A stretch of DNA of 63,630 bases, the filler included, from Octopus bimaculoides (Eukaryota): the NCBI RefSeq assembly GCF_001194135.2. It is 5 parts of 5 records of this genome, joined end to end, with 100 filler letters (N's around TTAATTAATTAA, not from the genome) between each part and the next. Parts side by side here need not be neighbours in the genome. Positions count along the whole stretch, not along the records: positions 29,917 to 55,170 come from NC_068988.1; positions 55,271 to 61,230 come from NC_069002.1; positions 61,331 to 63,630 come from NC_068983.1; 2 more parts are not named here. One strand, 5' to 3'. The translations under genes were made by a program, and so were the position numbers. The notes beneath the pieces are model-generated. The model saw only the letters and a program-made list of their open reading frames with translations, searched no databases and was not told the origin of the DNA. How positions within the stretch are numbered: position 1 is the stretch's first letter; every line of letters begins with the position of its first letter. Below, in pieces: positions 51,614-63,343 of the stretch.

Positions 51614-53269
51614 GTCTACATATACATATGTGTGTGTGAACATGAGTGTATATCCTCTGTGTGTTCACAGAGTTTCCGTTTACTGTCTAGCAAGTTTTAC
51701 CCAATATCCCTCGTTGAGTCCGAGGATACTTCATCACTATACTGTGCTACGGCATTGATTTATAGGCCACGTGTTTCATACCAATCTCTTTCAGCACACA
51801 GTATTTTCCTGTATCATGGAATGGTACAAATGGCTCTCTAGTGCTGTTTCAGAGAACTTGGATAAACATTATATTTTCATTCTATTTAGAAATGACTGTG
51901 CAACTAAATCTGCATATCATTAGCGGATAGCATACGTTAGCAAATGTCGTCTCAAGACACAGAATCAATTTGATACAAATATATCGATTTAGGCTGAACT
52001 CCTGTGATCTCTGTGTGATAATTCTAAAAGTAGCGATCATTTGAAAGTTGCAACCTCCCAAGTCAAATTGTTCTGTTATTCATATATATATGCATCCAAA
52101 ACTAACATATTCTTGTCTAGTATTCATTATACTTGTCTCAAGTAGAAGCAGTACAGAAAAGCAAAATATTTCATGTTAACAAACATAAAACGTATCTAGA
52201 TAATATCGGAATTACCAAAATAAATGATAAGCTGGCGGATTGGTTGCTGCTGGAAGCGGCGAATCGCTTCATTTTTCTAAATACACATTATTCTTGCCTT
52301 GATTGTGAGAAACTCCCATCGAACAACTCGCTTGCTACACTGATTGTTTTGAACTCTGGCAACATGTTTCTTGGTTTGTGAGACTCCTAGATGTCAGTGG
52401 TCGTACAAAAAGACTCTTGTCGACATTCAAAATGGTGCCTACTGCTTCAAACCTCTCTCTATGCCGAGGGGTGCTCTCGTTGGTATTGCTTCCAAAACTT
52501 AACGCTTCCGGGTTTTCAAGATTTTAGTAGTACTTGATAAAAGAATTCCTTAGATCAAAGATTTCCGTAGTTCTTGCACCCTTCACTGTTTCTATTGTGC
52601 TAACTCTAGTAGGCAATGAAAGCTAAGTGAGTTACCTGCAGTTGCTGTGTGTACCACATATTTTGGATACGCTGTACAGGCGTGAATGTGTCAATCTTCC
52701 AAAAAATCACAAATAAATTTAAGCACACACACACACACATGTAACTATAACAATATAAATATGAATATATTAGTATACACATAATTGAGTGTGTGTTTAG
52801 AGCCATATGTATAATATTGCTACACTAGTGAAAAACATGACGCTCTCAATACAGACGCATGTCATGTATATTTAGAATCTATTATAATTGTGTGTCCTTA
52901 AACAGTATATGTCATCGTACCAAAACAAGGACATTGTCTGTTTTACCAACGCGCTGTTCAACACACACACAGTCACACACACACAAACACACTCACATAT
53001 ACATATATCTATGTACGCATGTATGTACATGTATATAAGCATGTATATAAGTACATGTATATAACCTTATATACGTATGTACTCATACATTTACGTATAT
53101 ATATATATTCAGGAAATCTTAGGCCAACAAGCCAACCCTTTTAGGACGAGAAACCTATGGCAGTCCCATAAACCGGCTCTCCCCATTATGGTGCCCACTG
53201 CTCCACATTTAGATTGAGCTCTTTCTCCGGACTTATGTTTTCTACAAACGATATATATATATACATAAA

Positions 53270-53977
53270 TACTGGGTGCGGTGGGTAAATTGTCACCATT
53301 TTTTTTATTTCGCGTATGCACATTGTTTGTATTTGATTTTGTCGAGTACACAGTTTAGTAAGATCAGTTCGGCATTGTCTTTAAGAAAAACAGGACCATG
53401 ACGAAATTCACTCTGCCAGAAACTGGAAAAAATTGGAAACGATATGCTGTACTGCTGGGCATTCGCGCTGGACGCTTCAATACGAATATCGCAAAGTGTT
53501 TCTGTGTCAATCTGAGAACATGTACCGAAAGTGATAAAAATCAAACACCCAGTCAACATCATGGTGGCTGGAGTGGCCACTAGTGATGGCGACGTTATGC
53601 CTCCATTCATCTTCGCCTCAAAATCAATAAAGGGACTGCAGGAAATAGTGCTACCATGGGTGATAAGGGTGGCTGCTGGAAGACCCTTTATCTGGCAACA
53701 GGAATCTGTACCATTCAACGCAAGAAAGAGAACCCAGTCATCGCTGTCACAATTTCTGCGACCACGTCACCCGTAACATCTGGCCAGCTAACTCCCCAGA
53801 CTGCAGACCACTGATTACCATGTGTGGGGCACAGTTGAGCGAGAAAACAACAAAACTCATAGTAACACCACAGATAAGCTGAAGGCAAGGATTATGGCAG
53901 CATTCAGCAACTTAAACAAGGAGACCATCCCGAAGTTTCTGCAGAAATTTACGACAATTTATGCACCGCACCTAGTA
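53270..53977 (+). mobile_element. Internally deleted Tc1/mariner element, most like the maT (DD37D) group
   Basis: About 24-bp TIRs TACT(G/A)GGTGCGGTG..TAAATTGTC with TA ends. Remnant peptides KHPVNIMVAGVATSDGDVMPPFIF, AGRPFIWQQES, WPANSPDC and VWGTVERENNKT. Confidence 0.88.
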
Positions 53978-54179
53978 AGTATATATATATTATTTACAAA
54001 TACTTAATATTTTGCTTTCTTAATTTGTTTTCCTTACTTTATTAATCTTTTGTCCTTTATAAATTGTTATTTTTCTTGTTCTTAAATTGATAATTTGCAG
54101 TTTCATAGGTCAATGCAAGATATTTATTCTATATTCTTTCATATAAGCGTATATATACTTGCATATATCTATATATGCA

Positions 54180-54194
54180 TATATGTGCACATAT

Positions 54195-54289
<95 letters not shown>

Positions 54290-54510
54290 TGTGTGTCTCT
54301 ATGCATACTCACGTCATTTTGAAAAACTGAAGGAGAACTCTTCACCGTTAATTGACACCAGTTAATTGATAGAGAAGCATAATGCAATTAGTTATCAAGA
54401 AATGATGTGACGAACATAGAAATCCGTAAAAATGTGTGACAGGAAATATATTCATGACCACGTCTATTCTTTCATTCAATAAACATGATATGTGTACATA
54501 TAACTGTGTG

Positions 54511-54593
<83 letters not shown>

Positions 54594-54860
54594 CATATAT
54601 ATATATATATGTGGGTGTGTGAGTGTGCGTGTGTGTGTATATATATATGTATGTATGTATATATGTAATTATATATACATATATATATACATGTGTATGT
54701 ATATATATATATATATAATTATATGTATATGCATATATATATATAGAAATAAAAATATATATACATGAATACATACATACACCCCACACACACATATGTA
54801 TATGTATTTGTATATGCATATATGTGTGTGTGGTGTGTGTGTATACATAAAACAGAAAGA
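54180..54860. repeat. (TA)n/(TG)n/(TATG)n compound microsatellites
   Basis: Directly visible. Confidence 0.95.
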
Positions 54861-55214
54861 GGACGTGGCTACGAATATATTTCCGGTTGGTCATTTTTAA
54901 GGGTTTCTATGTCCCTTATATCATCCGATAATTGCGTTTCGCGCGTCTGTCACTTAGCAAGCAACAATAGGAATCTCACTCACTAGAACGAGGCTCTCAC
55001 GACGACAGATTATAAATAAAACAAGAAACGAAATAAAATAATGCTTAATGGCTATTTTACCTCATTCCGATCGGTATTTATTTCTATTGCTATTTTTTTT
55101 CTTTCTCTAGAGCATTATTCTAATGTAATCAATGGTCTGGAACAATTTCAATAATATATATATATATATANNNNNNNNNNNNNNNNNNNNNNNNNNNNNN
55201 NNNNNNNNNNNNNN

Positions 55215-55226
55215 TTAATTAATTAA
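55215..55226. other. Artificial scaffold-join linker TTAATTAATTAA
   Basis: N44-linker-N44. Confidence 0.95.
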
Positions 55227-55270
55227 NNNNNNNNNNNNNNNNNNNNNNNNNNNNNNNNNNNNNNNNNNNN

Positions 55271-55617
55271 TATTTGCCACTTAAATGCGGCTAAACCCTA
55301 AGGGTAAATATTTCTGTTCCTTTTAGCCCCAGGAGAATATCTCTGCCAGCTGGCTATTGACACACATATGTGCCCTGTCGGTATTTGCAATGGGAAGTAA
55401 TCCTTCCCATCTTGATCTGGCGAGATACGCACGGACTCGAGTTTCTGGGTATTTACCATTCGTCAGCGTACGACAATCACCTATCTACGATACGAAGGCG
55501 TCCCAATGCAAATGCATATATACTTTTTCCAGTGACGAAAATTCACTGATCTCGAAAAAGTGAAAACAAGTAATAAACATTCACCCTTATGGTTTAACCG
55601 CATTTAAGTGGCAAATA
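55271..55617. mobile_element. Unclassified MITE-like element with 35-bp TIRs
   Basis: TATTTGCCACTTAAATGCGGCTAAACCCTAAGGGT at 55271 versus its reverse complement at 55583-55617 (2 mismatches). The left end abuts a gap, so the TSD is unreadable. Confidence 0.85.
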
Positions 55618-55674
55618 TACTTCACGTTGTCGTGCAGTTACTGTTTATACCTCGTTCAGAGATTTAACATTGGT

Positions 55675-56138
55675 TATATATTCGCCATGATAGATCGCTG
55701 ACCTCTACATTTTTATTTTTTTCTCCTTGTTTCTCTCCTTATTTCTTTCTGTGTTCCTTTCAGTTGAAGAGCTTAGGCTCGAAACGTCAAAGACTTTCTC
55801 TATTGCCGAGCGTTAAACTAATACATCCATTTGTTGTTTACACCACCTGTCTTCGTCTGTTGTTTTTTTCGTAAATTCTCCCATATATATATATATATAT
55901 ATACGACAGACTTCTTTCAGTTATGTACATACGACAGACTTCTTTCAATATGTGACCGCGTGTGTATCGTTGGCGATTTGATTTTCTTTCTCCGTCTTCC
56001 CTTCTTTGGACATTCTCACGCTCGAAACGTGAAATCCTCTTTCTTTTCTTTCCTTTCATGAGTGTCCAAAATAACACTGTACTTATTCAACGTCCTCGCG
56101 TTGTTGTTTTTTCTTGCTTGTTCATGTTTGAATTGACT
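55675..56138 (+). mobile_element. Two short repeats resembling Penelope-like terminal repeats
   Basis: TGAAGAGCTTAGGCTCGAAACGTC (about 55765) and GCTCGAAACGTG (about 56020). TGAnGA...CGAAACG is typical of PLE termini. Confidence 0.4.
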
Positions 56139-56139
56139 A

Positions 56140-56430
56140 TCTATATATATAAAGATGAGAATGTGTGTCTGTGCGTCTGTCTGTCTTCTGTCTGTTTGTG
56201 TAAATCCCTAAAACTTGAGAACTACACAACCAATTTCATTGAAATTTTACACATGCCTTACTTAGAGCCCATGTAGTGTTTTAGGTCAAAAAGATTTTTA
56301 GCTTCATGCTTAGTGCGAGCGTAATGCAATATCACATCTCATCCACTATTGCAGTATTACGTCTCAAATGTGAAACAATAAAATCTCTTTGTTATGTCAG
56401 ATATTTTCACTTTAATAGTTTCACTTTAAT
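56140..56430 (+). mobile_element. Non-autonomous Helitron, 5' portion
   Basis: A^TCTATATATATAAAGATGAGAATGTGTGTCTGT start followed by GTCT repeats. No 3' CTAG end found before the microsatellite. Confidence 0.65.
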
Positions 56431-56472
56431 ATTAACATGTATATATACTTACATATATATATAATATATATG

Positions 56473-56521
<49 letters not shown>

Positions 56522-56865
56522 TGTGTGTGTATGTATACATCTGCACTAATGTATATATATAGATGCATATATATACATATACATGCATATATATATATGT
56601 ATACATATATATAGATGTATATACATAGATGTAGGTATATATATAAATGTATATGCATAGCTATATATGTATAGATGTATATATATAGATATAGATGTAA
56701 ATGTATACATATATATGTGTAGATGTCTATATATAGATGTACATGTAATATGTACACATATATATATACACATATATACATGCATACATATATATATACA
56801 CGCATACACACACACATACACACAAACACACACACATACACACAAACACACACAATCATACATAT

Positions 56866-57110
56866 GTGACTGTGTGGTAAGAAACTTGGTGGTGTCTTCT
56901 GCTATAGCCTCAGTCCAGCCAAAGCCTTATGAGGGGATTTTGTAGACAGAAACTGAAAGAAATCAATCGTGTATATATGTATGTATATATGTAAGTGTAT
57001 GTGTGTGTATTTCTCTCTGTGTTTCTTCCTCATCACTGCTTCACAACTGCTGTTCGTTTATTTTCATCCCCATAACTTACTGGTTTGACAAAAAGAAACT
57101 GATAGAAATT
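56866..57110 (+). mobile_element. SINE family B with both halves and its internal TA/TG repeat; head partly deleted
   Basis: CTGTGTGGTAAG...GTGTCTTCTGCTATAGCC...GAAACTGAAAGAA, then (TA/TG)n, then CCCCATAACTTAC...GATAGAA. Confidence 0.82.
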
Positions 57111-57169
57111 TGAAACACAAAATCCAAACCTAGGGTGAAGGGTAATGCTGTGTGTTTCAGACAATTTCA

Positions 57170-58435
57170 TGGACTAAAATTACTGAATGGATCCTTATAA
57201 TATTTGGAACTTAATTTCAATGCATAAGGGTGGGTATAATGCAATATGTTTGGTTTGAATTTGAGATGGCTTAAAGGGGGAAGAACTCCAAGAAAATTCA
57301 TACATTTTCGGTGTTGATGAAATTTCAACCATGGGTAATTGACATACATCAAGATGTATTCTCAAACTTTCCACTTCTCATGAGGATTCTAAGACCCCCT
57401 AATCGGGGCCTTTACTCCCAAATTTTAGTCATTTTTCATAATCCAAAACTAGGTCAAAAGTACTGAATGGATCTTTACGAAATTTGGTAATTGTATTCTA
57501 TGCATAATGGCCATAACCCCCATGAAAATTCATATATTTTTGCTGTTGATGAAATTTTAACCATACATATTAGACACAAATGAAGTAATATTTCTAAAAT
57601 TTCATCTTCTTAGAAGTTAGAAAAACCCCTTCATGGGGAATTAACACCCACAATTTAGTCGCTTTATCTAAGCAAAGACGAATACAGTTTTACTCTTGGA
57701 AGCTCTAGGGTCACCCGAGCACAAAAGATGAGCGTTATTTGTAATTCAATGGTAAAACAGAGTAAGAGTTTGCTTTGAGATATACTCACATTGTGTTTTC
57801 TGCAATTTGGTGCATAAACTCTCAAGCATCCTTGACTCCACTGATTCAGTTGCAAAGTATTGAGTAAAGTTATTTCTTTGCAGACCTCCTTTCAGTCTTT
57901 TTATTATCACTGGGTCACACATAGTCCCCAGGTGGTAACATTGATTTAAAGGCCTTCCCAGATGAGTGACTGGCTATTCAAAGACATTCATAGATTGGAA
58001 ATTTATTCTGTCGAGTTACCTATCGGTATAGTGGTCAGTTGCAAACTTCAGAGGTGACACTTTCATTTCTTCTTAGCCGTCAAGTCACATAGTTGTTAAT
58101 GTTTATTTCAGTTGGGTCACGCCCTTCCAATTGCTATAGATCCGTAATGCAACTTACGGCTGTGCCCGTCACCTATATGGTGAGGAATTCTACATTAGGG
58201 AGTAGTAACGACTAGGGTAGGGTAGCTGACTGTTTATTGTGATCATTTGTCTTTTGGCTTCCTGTAGCTCTGCTCTCTTTTACAAACCCAGTGAACATAC
58301 ATATATTTCTTATTTCAAAGAAATTCGAACAATAGATATAACAACCAAGTCAAAAAGATTCTCATAAAATTAAACTTCTCTGGTTGACATTAAGAAACCC
58401 ACCCCCAAAAGGGGCCTTAACTCCCACACTTTAGA
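57170..58435. repeat. Degenerate 230-285 bp tandem units (probably the internal part of a Helitron/HINE-type element)
   Basis: TACTGAATGGATC (57179, 57460), GAAAATTCATA...GTTGATGAAATTT (57291, 57523) and GGGG...A(C)TCCCA.A.TTTAG (57403, 57634, 58411) recur. Confidence 0.6.
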
Positions 58436-58764
58436 GGTCCATGACCTCCATTTTTCAGGAGCAAGATACGTTTAACAGGTTCCAAAAGACTGCAATTTTG
58501 GACTCTGTGCATAAACATCAGTAGAATGGNNNNNNNNNNNNNNNNNNNNNNNNNNNNNNNNNNNNNNNNNNNNNNNNNNNNNNNNNNNNNNNNNNNNNNN
58601 NNNNNNNNNNNNNNNNNNNNNNNNNNNNNNNNNNNNNNNNNNNNNNNNNNNNNNNNNNNNNNNNNNNNNNNNNNNNNNNNNNNNNNNNNNNNNNNNNNNN
58701 NNNNNNNNNNNNNNNNNNNNNNNNNNNNNNNNNNNNNNNNNNNNNTATATATATATATATATAT

Positions 58765-58975
58765 ATGTTTGTGTGTATGTGTTTGTTCCCCCATCATCGC
58801 TTGACGACCGATGTTGGTGTGTTTACGTACCCGTAAATTAGCTGCTCGCCAAAAGACGCCCACAGAATAAGTACTAGGCTTACAAAGAATAAGTCATAGG
58901 CTTGATTTCTTCAAATAAAAGCGGTGATCCAGCATGGCCGCTGTTTATGACTGAAACAAATAAAAGAATAATATA
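58765..58975 (+). mobile_element. SINE family B, 3' half
   Basis: CATCGCTTGACGACCGATGTTGGTGTGTTTACG...AGAATAAGTACTAGGCTTACAAAGAATAAGTC...CCAGCATGGCCGC...GACTGAAACAA. Confidence 0.9.
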
Positions 58976-59121
58976 ATAAAATGAGGGAGTGTGCTCCATA
59001 TTTCTTAATACACTTCTCCTTGAATTACTGCCAGGATTCTATATTTTGAACGTAGTATATTAGTGAGATAGAAAAGTTCTTGAGAATAATATCGTATGAA
59101 TTGCACGGGATCAAAATATAA

Positions 59122-59406
59122 CTGACACTCTGTCGGTCAAACGAATGTCCTGCTTGTGAAATGAACGTACAAGTGGTTGAGCACCGCACAGACACGACCC
59201 CACCTTACTATATTTTAGGAGGTTCAACGTAACACAGAATATGACAAGGCTGGTCCCTCTCAAATACAGATACTACTCATTTCTGCCAGTTGAGTGAAAT
59301 GGTGCCACGTGAAGCAAGGTGTTTTGCTCAATGAAACAACGTGCCATTGGGAATCGAACTCAAGACTCTGAGATCGTCAATTGAATACGGTAACCACTGA
59401 GCCACT
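59122..59406 (-). mobile_element. tRNA-derived SINE: head, CORE/Deu-like middle and a different tail
   Basis: Reverse complement gives TGGCTCAGTGGTT...GAGTTCGATTCCC...TTGAGCAAAACAC...CAACTGGCAGAAATGAGTA, then a tail unrelated to that of 48465. Confidence 0.85.
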
Positions 59407-59853
59407 CCCCTTCTCTTATATCAATATCGTCAAAAATTATAATTAGATTTTGTGTATCAATACTTTGGGTTTCTCTAAGCATTTGTAAGTACGTATGTGT
59501 TTTCGTTGTGTATATACCAACATCATCATATTGTCTTATATTTATGTGCGTACACTAAAATAGGCTTTGCGAAAATCAATTGACAAATAGCAAGAACATC
59601 GTGGAAGAACGATTTAACAACACACCAAGTTGTTAATTATGCTGTTGGGCGACGAAAATGTTGACGCCTCATGAAATGAATTTTATTTTAAAGGGAATTT
59701 AATAGCTTTATGTGTTATTAAATAGCTCTTCACTTACGGAGTTCCTTCAGTTACATCACACGCTCTATGATCAAAACGCTTGCGAGGCAAACACCGAAAT
59801 ATAGAAATACATGAAATTTATTTCATGAGGCGTTAAAGTATGTCAGCGTGTGC

Positions 59854-59901
<48 letters not shown>

Positions 59902-60187
59902 NNNNNNNNNNNNNNNNNNNNNNNNNNNNNNNNNNNNNNNNNNNNNNNNNNNNNNNNNNNNNNNNNNNNNNNNNNNNNNNNNNNNNNNNNNNNNNNNNNN
60001 NNNNNNNNNNNNNNNNNNNNNNNNNNNNNNNNNNNNNNNNNNNNNNNNNNNNNNNNNNNNNNNNNNNNNNNNNNNNNNNNNNNNNNNNNNNNNNNNNNNN
60101 NNNNNNNNNNNNNNNNNNNNNNNNNNNNNNNNNNNNNNNNNNNNNNNNNNNNNNNNNNNNNNNNNNNNNNNNNNNNNNNNNNNNNNN

Positions 60188-60480
60188 CCCTCCCATGGAA
60201 ATTGCTGGTCTCGTGCCAAATTTTGAAATCATTATCATTGCTATTATTATTATTATTAAGAATGCGAGCTGGCAGAATCGTTAGCACGCCGGGTGAAATG
60301 CTTAGCGGTATTTCGTCTGCCGTTACGTCCTGAGTTCAAATTCCGCCGAGGTCAACTTTGCCTTTCATCCTTTTGAGGTCGATAAAATAAGTACCAGTTA
60401 CGCACTGGGGTCGATGTAATCGACTTAATCCCTTCCCCCAAATTTGAGGCCTTGTGCTTCCGGGAGAAAGGACTATAATT
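60188..60480 (+). mobile_element. SINE family A: 3' tail of one copy (60188-60240) followed head-to-tail by a full, low-divergence copy (60262-60480)
   Basis: GCGAGCTGGCAGAATCGTTAGCACGCCGGG...GTTCAAATTCCGCCGAGG...GGGGTCGATGTAATCGACTT. Confidence 0.93.
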
Positions 60481-60539
60481 CTTCCTTCGTAACAAAGTGT
60501 AGGTAAAAATGCACCGGAGTCTTTAGTAATCTGTCAACT

Positions 60540-60930
60540 CACAACAATGATCTCAGACAGATAGTGCTTTCCTTAAGATGAGCGCTGAGCCCAATGAGAC
60601 TGCTTTTTGCATGACATGAATCTTGCATGGGATTTCCAGTTGCCTTAAGAAGTCTTCAAGCTTCAATGCGATTGAGTCCAACGCTCCGATCACCACTGGT
60701 ATCACTTTTACATTACCCTCTCGCATTCTATAGAGTCTTGCCATTTCCACTTTCAATTCGGAGTAATTGATGATTTTTTCCAACTTCTTTACTCAGCATT
60801 TACGTCATTTGATCTGACAGTATTGTTTCTCTTATTTCAATATGACAATAACCGGCCGACGGTGTTCGATTACACGATCCGTTTGAAGATCATCCTCCTG
60901 CTAACTTTACTTGGTACATGCTCATACTAG
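60540..60930 (-). mobile_element. RLE-type LINE endonuclease remnant (second family)
   Basis: YEHVPSKV...DLQTDRVIEHRRPVIVI...EKIINYSELKVEMARLYRM...VIPVVIGALD...QKAVSLGSALILRKALSV follows the PD..D..K restriction-like endonuclease pattern. Confidence 0.85.
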
Positions 60931-61067
60931 TTCTCTGTTATTTCATATTGCTATTTACGGCATAAGTGCTAATAAAGATACTCACACACTTTATCGTAGC
61001 GGCGGTTGTATTTTTTTTTGTGCAAGGCTCTCACATTCACATACCAAGTGGATCAGATTTTCCACAC

Positions 61068-61230
61068 TCTTATTATTATTTTATGTTTGACTTTTGTTTT
61101 GCATTTATACAAGTTGGATCCAAGTCTCACCCAGAGACCTCAAGAGACAACAAGTTAGAAGTTCATGTAGGTGTTATGCCTAGGGTACCATATATTTGGA
61201 TTTGTACAGTTTTGTTCAAGTGAATGTTTA
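61068..61230 (-). mobile_element. 3' UTR of the young RLE-LINE seen at 45498 (cut by scaffold join)
   Basis: About 150 bp identical to the reverse complement of about 45680-45830 except for 2 substitutions; short (TAA)n tail. Confidence 0.92.
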
Positions 61231-61274
61231 NNNNNNNNNNNNNNNNNNNNNNNNNNNNNNNNNNNNNNNNNNNN

Positions 61275-61286
61275 TTAATTAATTAA
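61275..61286. other. Artificial scaffold-join linker TTAATTAATTAA
   Basis: N44-linker-N44. Confidence 0.95.
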
Positions 61287-61386
61287 NNNNNNNNNNNNNN
61301 NNNNNNNNNNNNNNNNNNNNNNNNNNNNNNATACACTTATACGAGGAGCGAGGAGCTATCGTCTGTTCTTCCATTTTGCTTTCGAA

Positions 61387-61425
<39 letters not shown>

Positions 61426-61949
61426 ATTTCGTAGCTTCAGCACAACTGCAGCTGTCATTTATGAAGTAACCACGCCTTTTTCTTCTTTAACTAGAAACTA
61501 ATAAAACTACCCAATAACCCATTTACTCTTGTCTTTTCTTGCTGGCGAATTCACTGGAGCATACGATACGATAACTGCAGTTTTTTAAAGTATTTAGATA
61601 AGGACACTTTTTCATTTCACGACTCCATTTTGAATTTTTGACGACATCATACAATGACAGCAATATATGTTCTTTTGATTTACATGTTTATTTTCATTTT
61701 TTTCTTTCATTATTGTTTTATTTTTCTTAGAAAAAAAGAAAACTGTAACATATGTAAAAAGGCAAACAAACATACACATACATAAAAGCACTCACATACA
61801 CAGAACAACAAAACGTGTGTATATGTTTGCGTGTGCATGTATCATGGATTCGACCGTAAATTCATGCACATATTAGCATATACTTATATACTTAGCATAC
61901 TTATATATACACATTGACACATATACACATTGACACATATACACATATA

Positions 61950-62019
61950 CATCTCCATTTATTTGCGCACACATACACGCACACACATGCATGTGCACGC
62001 GCACAGAGAGAGGGAGAGT

Positions 62020-62061
<42 letters not shown>

Positions 62062-62139
62062 CAAATGAGATGGAAAAATGTGGAGTAAGATATACATAAT
62101 GAGGAATAGAACTTGCACTTTTCATATCGTAACTTCACT

Positions 62140-62234
<95 letters not shown>

Positions 62235-62300
62235 CATATATGTATGTGTGTGTGTGTGTATGTGTGTACATACATATATGTATGTGTATGTTTATGTATG

Positions 62301-62347
<47 letters not shown>

Positions 62348-62604
62348 GTAATATATTACATATATATAATATACATGTGTCGGTATATGTGTTCATGTAT
62401 TTGTAGAGCAATAAATATGAATTGAAAAAGAAATATCTACAGATCAATAAATCAATATAGATAGCTAACTAGATACACGCACACACGCATACACACATAC
62501 ATGCACATGCATAAACACATAAGTATAAAAGTAAATAGGTAAGGATATAAAATAAATGAGAAAGAGAGAGAAGGAGAGAGAGAAAGAGGGAGAAAGAGAG
62601 AAGG

Positions 62605-62659
<55 letters not shown>

Positions 62660-62755
62660 TGTCGATAGAGACAGAACAAAAGAAGAGGTAGATAACTGGA
62701 TAGGTGAATAAGTATATGTGTGTATGTTTATAATCATGTATGCATGTGTCCGTAT

Positions 62756-62806
<51 letters not shown>

Positions 62807-63226
62807 TTGAGAGATAGATAGAGAGAGTGAAAGAGAGAGAGAGAGGGAGAGAGAAAGATGGGGAAAGAGAGACAGAGAGATAGAAAGTGAGAAAGAAAGA
62901 TAGATTGATGGATGTAGGCACAGATAGATAAAAGGATTGGATAAAGATTTATGAATAAACAAAAGAAATATGCATATAAACAAGCATAAATAAAGAGGGG
63001 TGGAGGGGAGGGTGAGTGAGAGAGAGAGAGAGAGAAAAAGAGAGAGAGGGAGAGATTGAGAGAGAGAGTGAGAGAAGGAAGAACGAAAGGGAGATGTTAA
63101 ACTATTACGAAAGGGGCTATTTTCTGTTTTTTTTCCATTCTCATTTGCCACTGAACATGTCTGTTTAACAACATTGTAAATGGCCAGTGATATATGTAAA
63201 TAGGCTGATGTCTTTCATAGTTTCGA

Positions 63227-63283
<57 letters not shown>

Positions 63284-63305
63284 GTTGCTGCTGCTGCTGC
63301 TGCTG

Positions 63306-63343
<38 letters not shown>

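Noticed and set aside
55760-55800. TTGAAGAGCTTAGGCTCGAAACGTC as an active hammerhead ribozyme
   Set aside because: C3 is U, stem II competes with the core, and stem I is absent. At most a relic.
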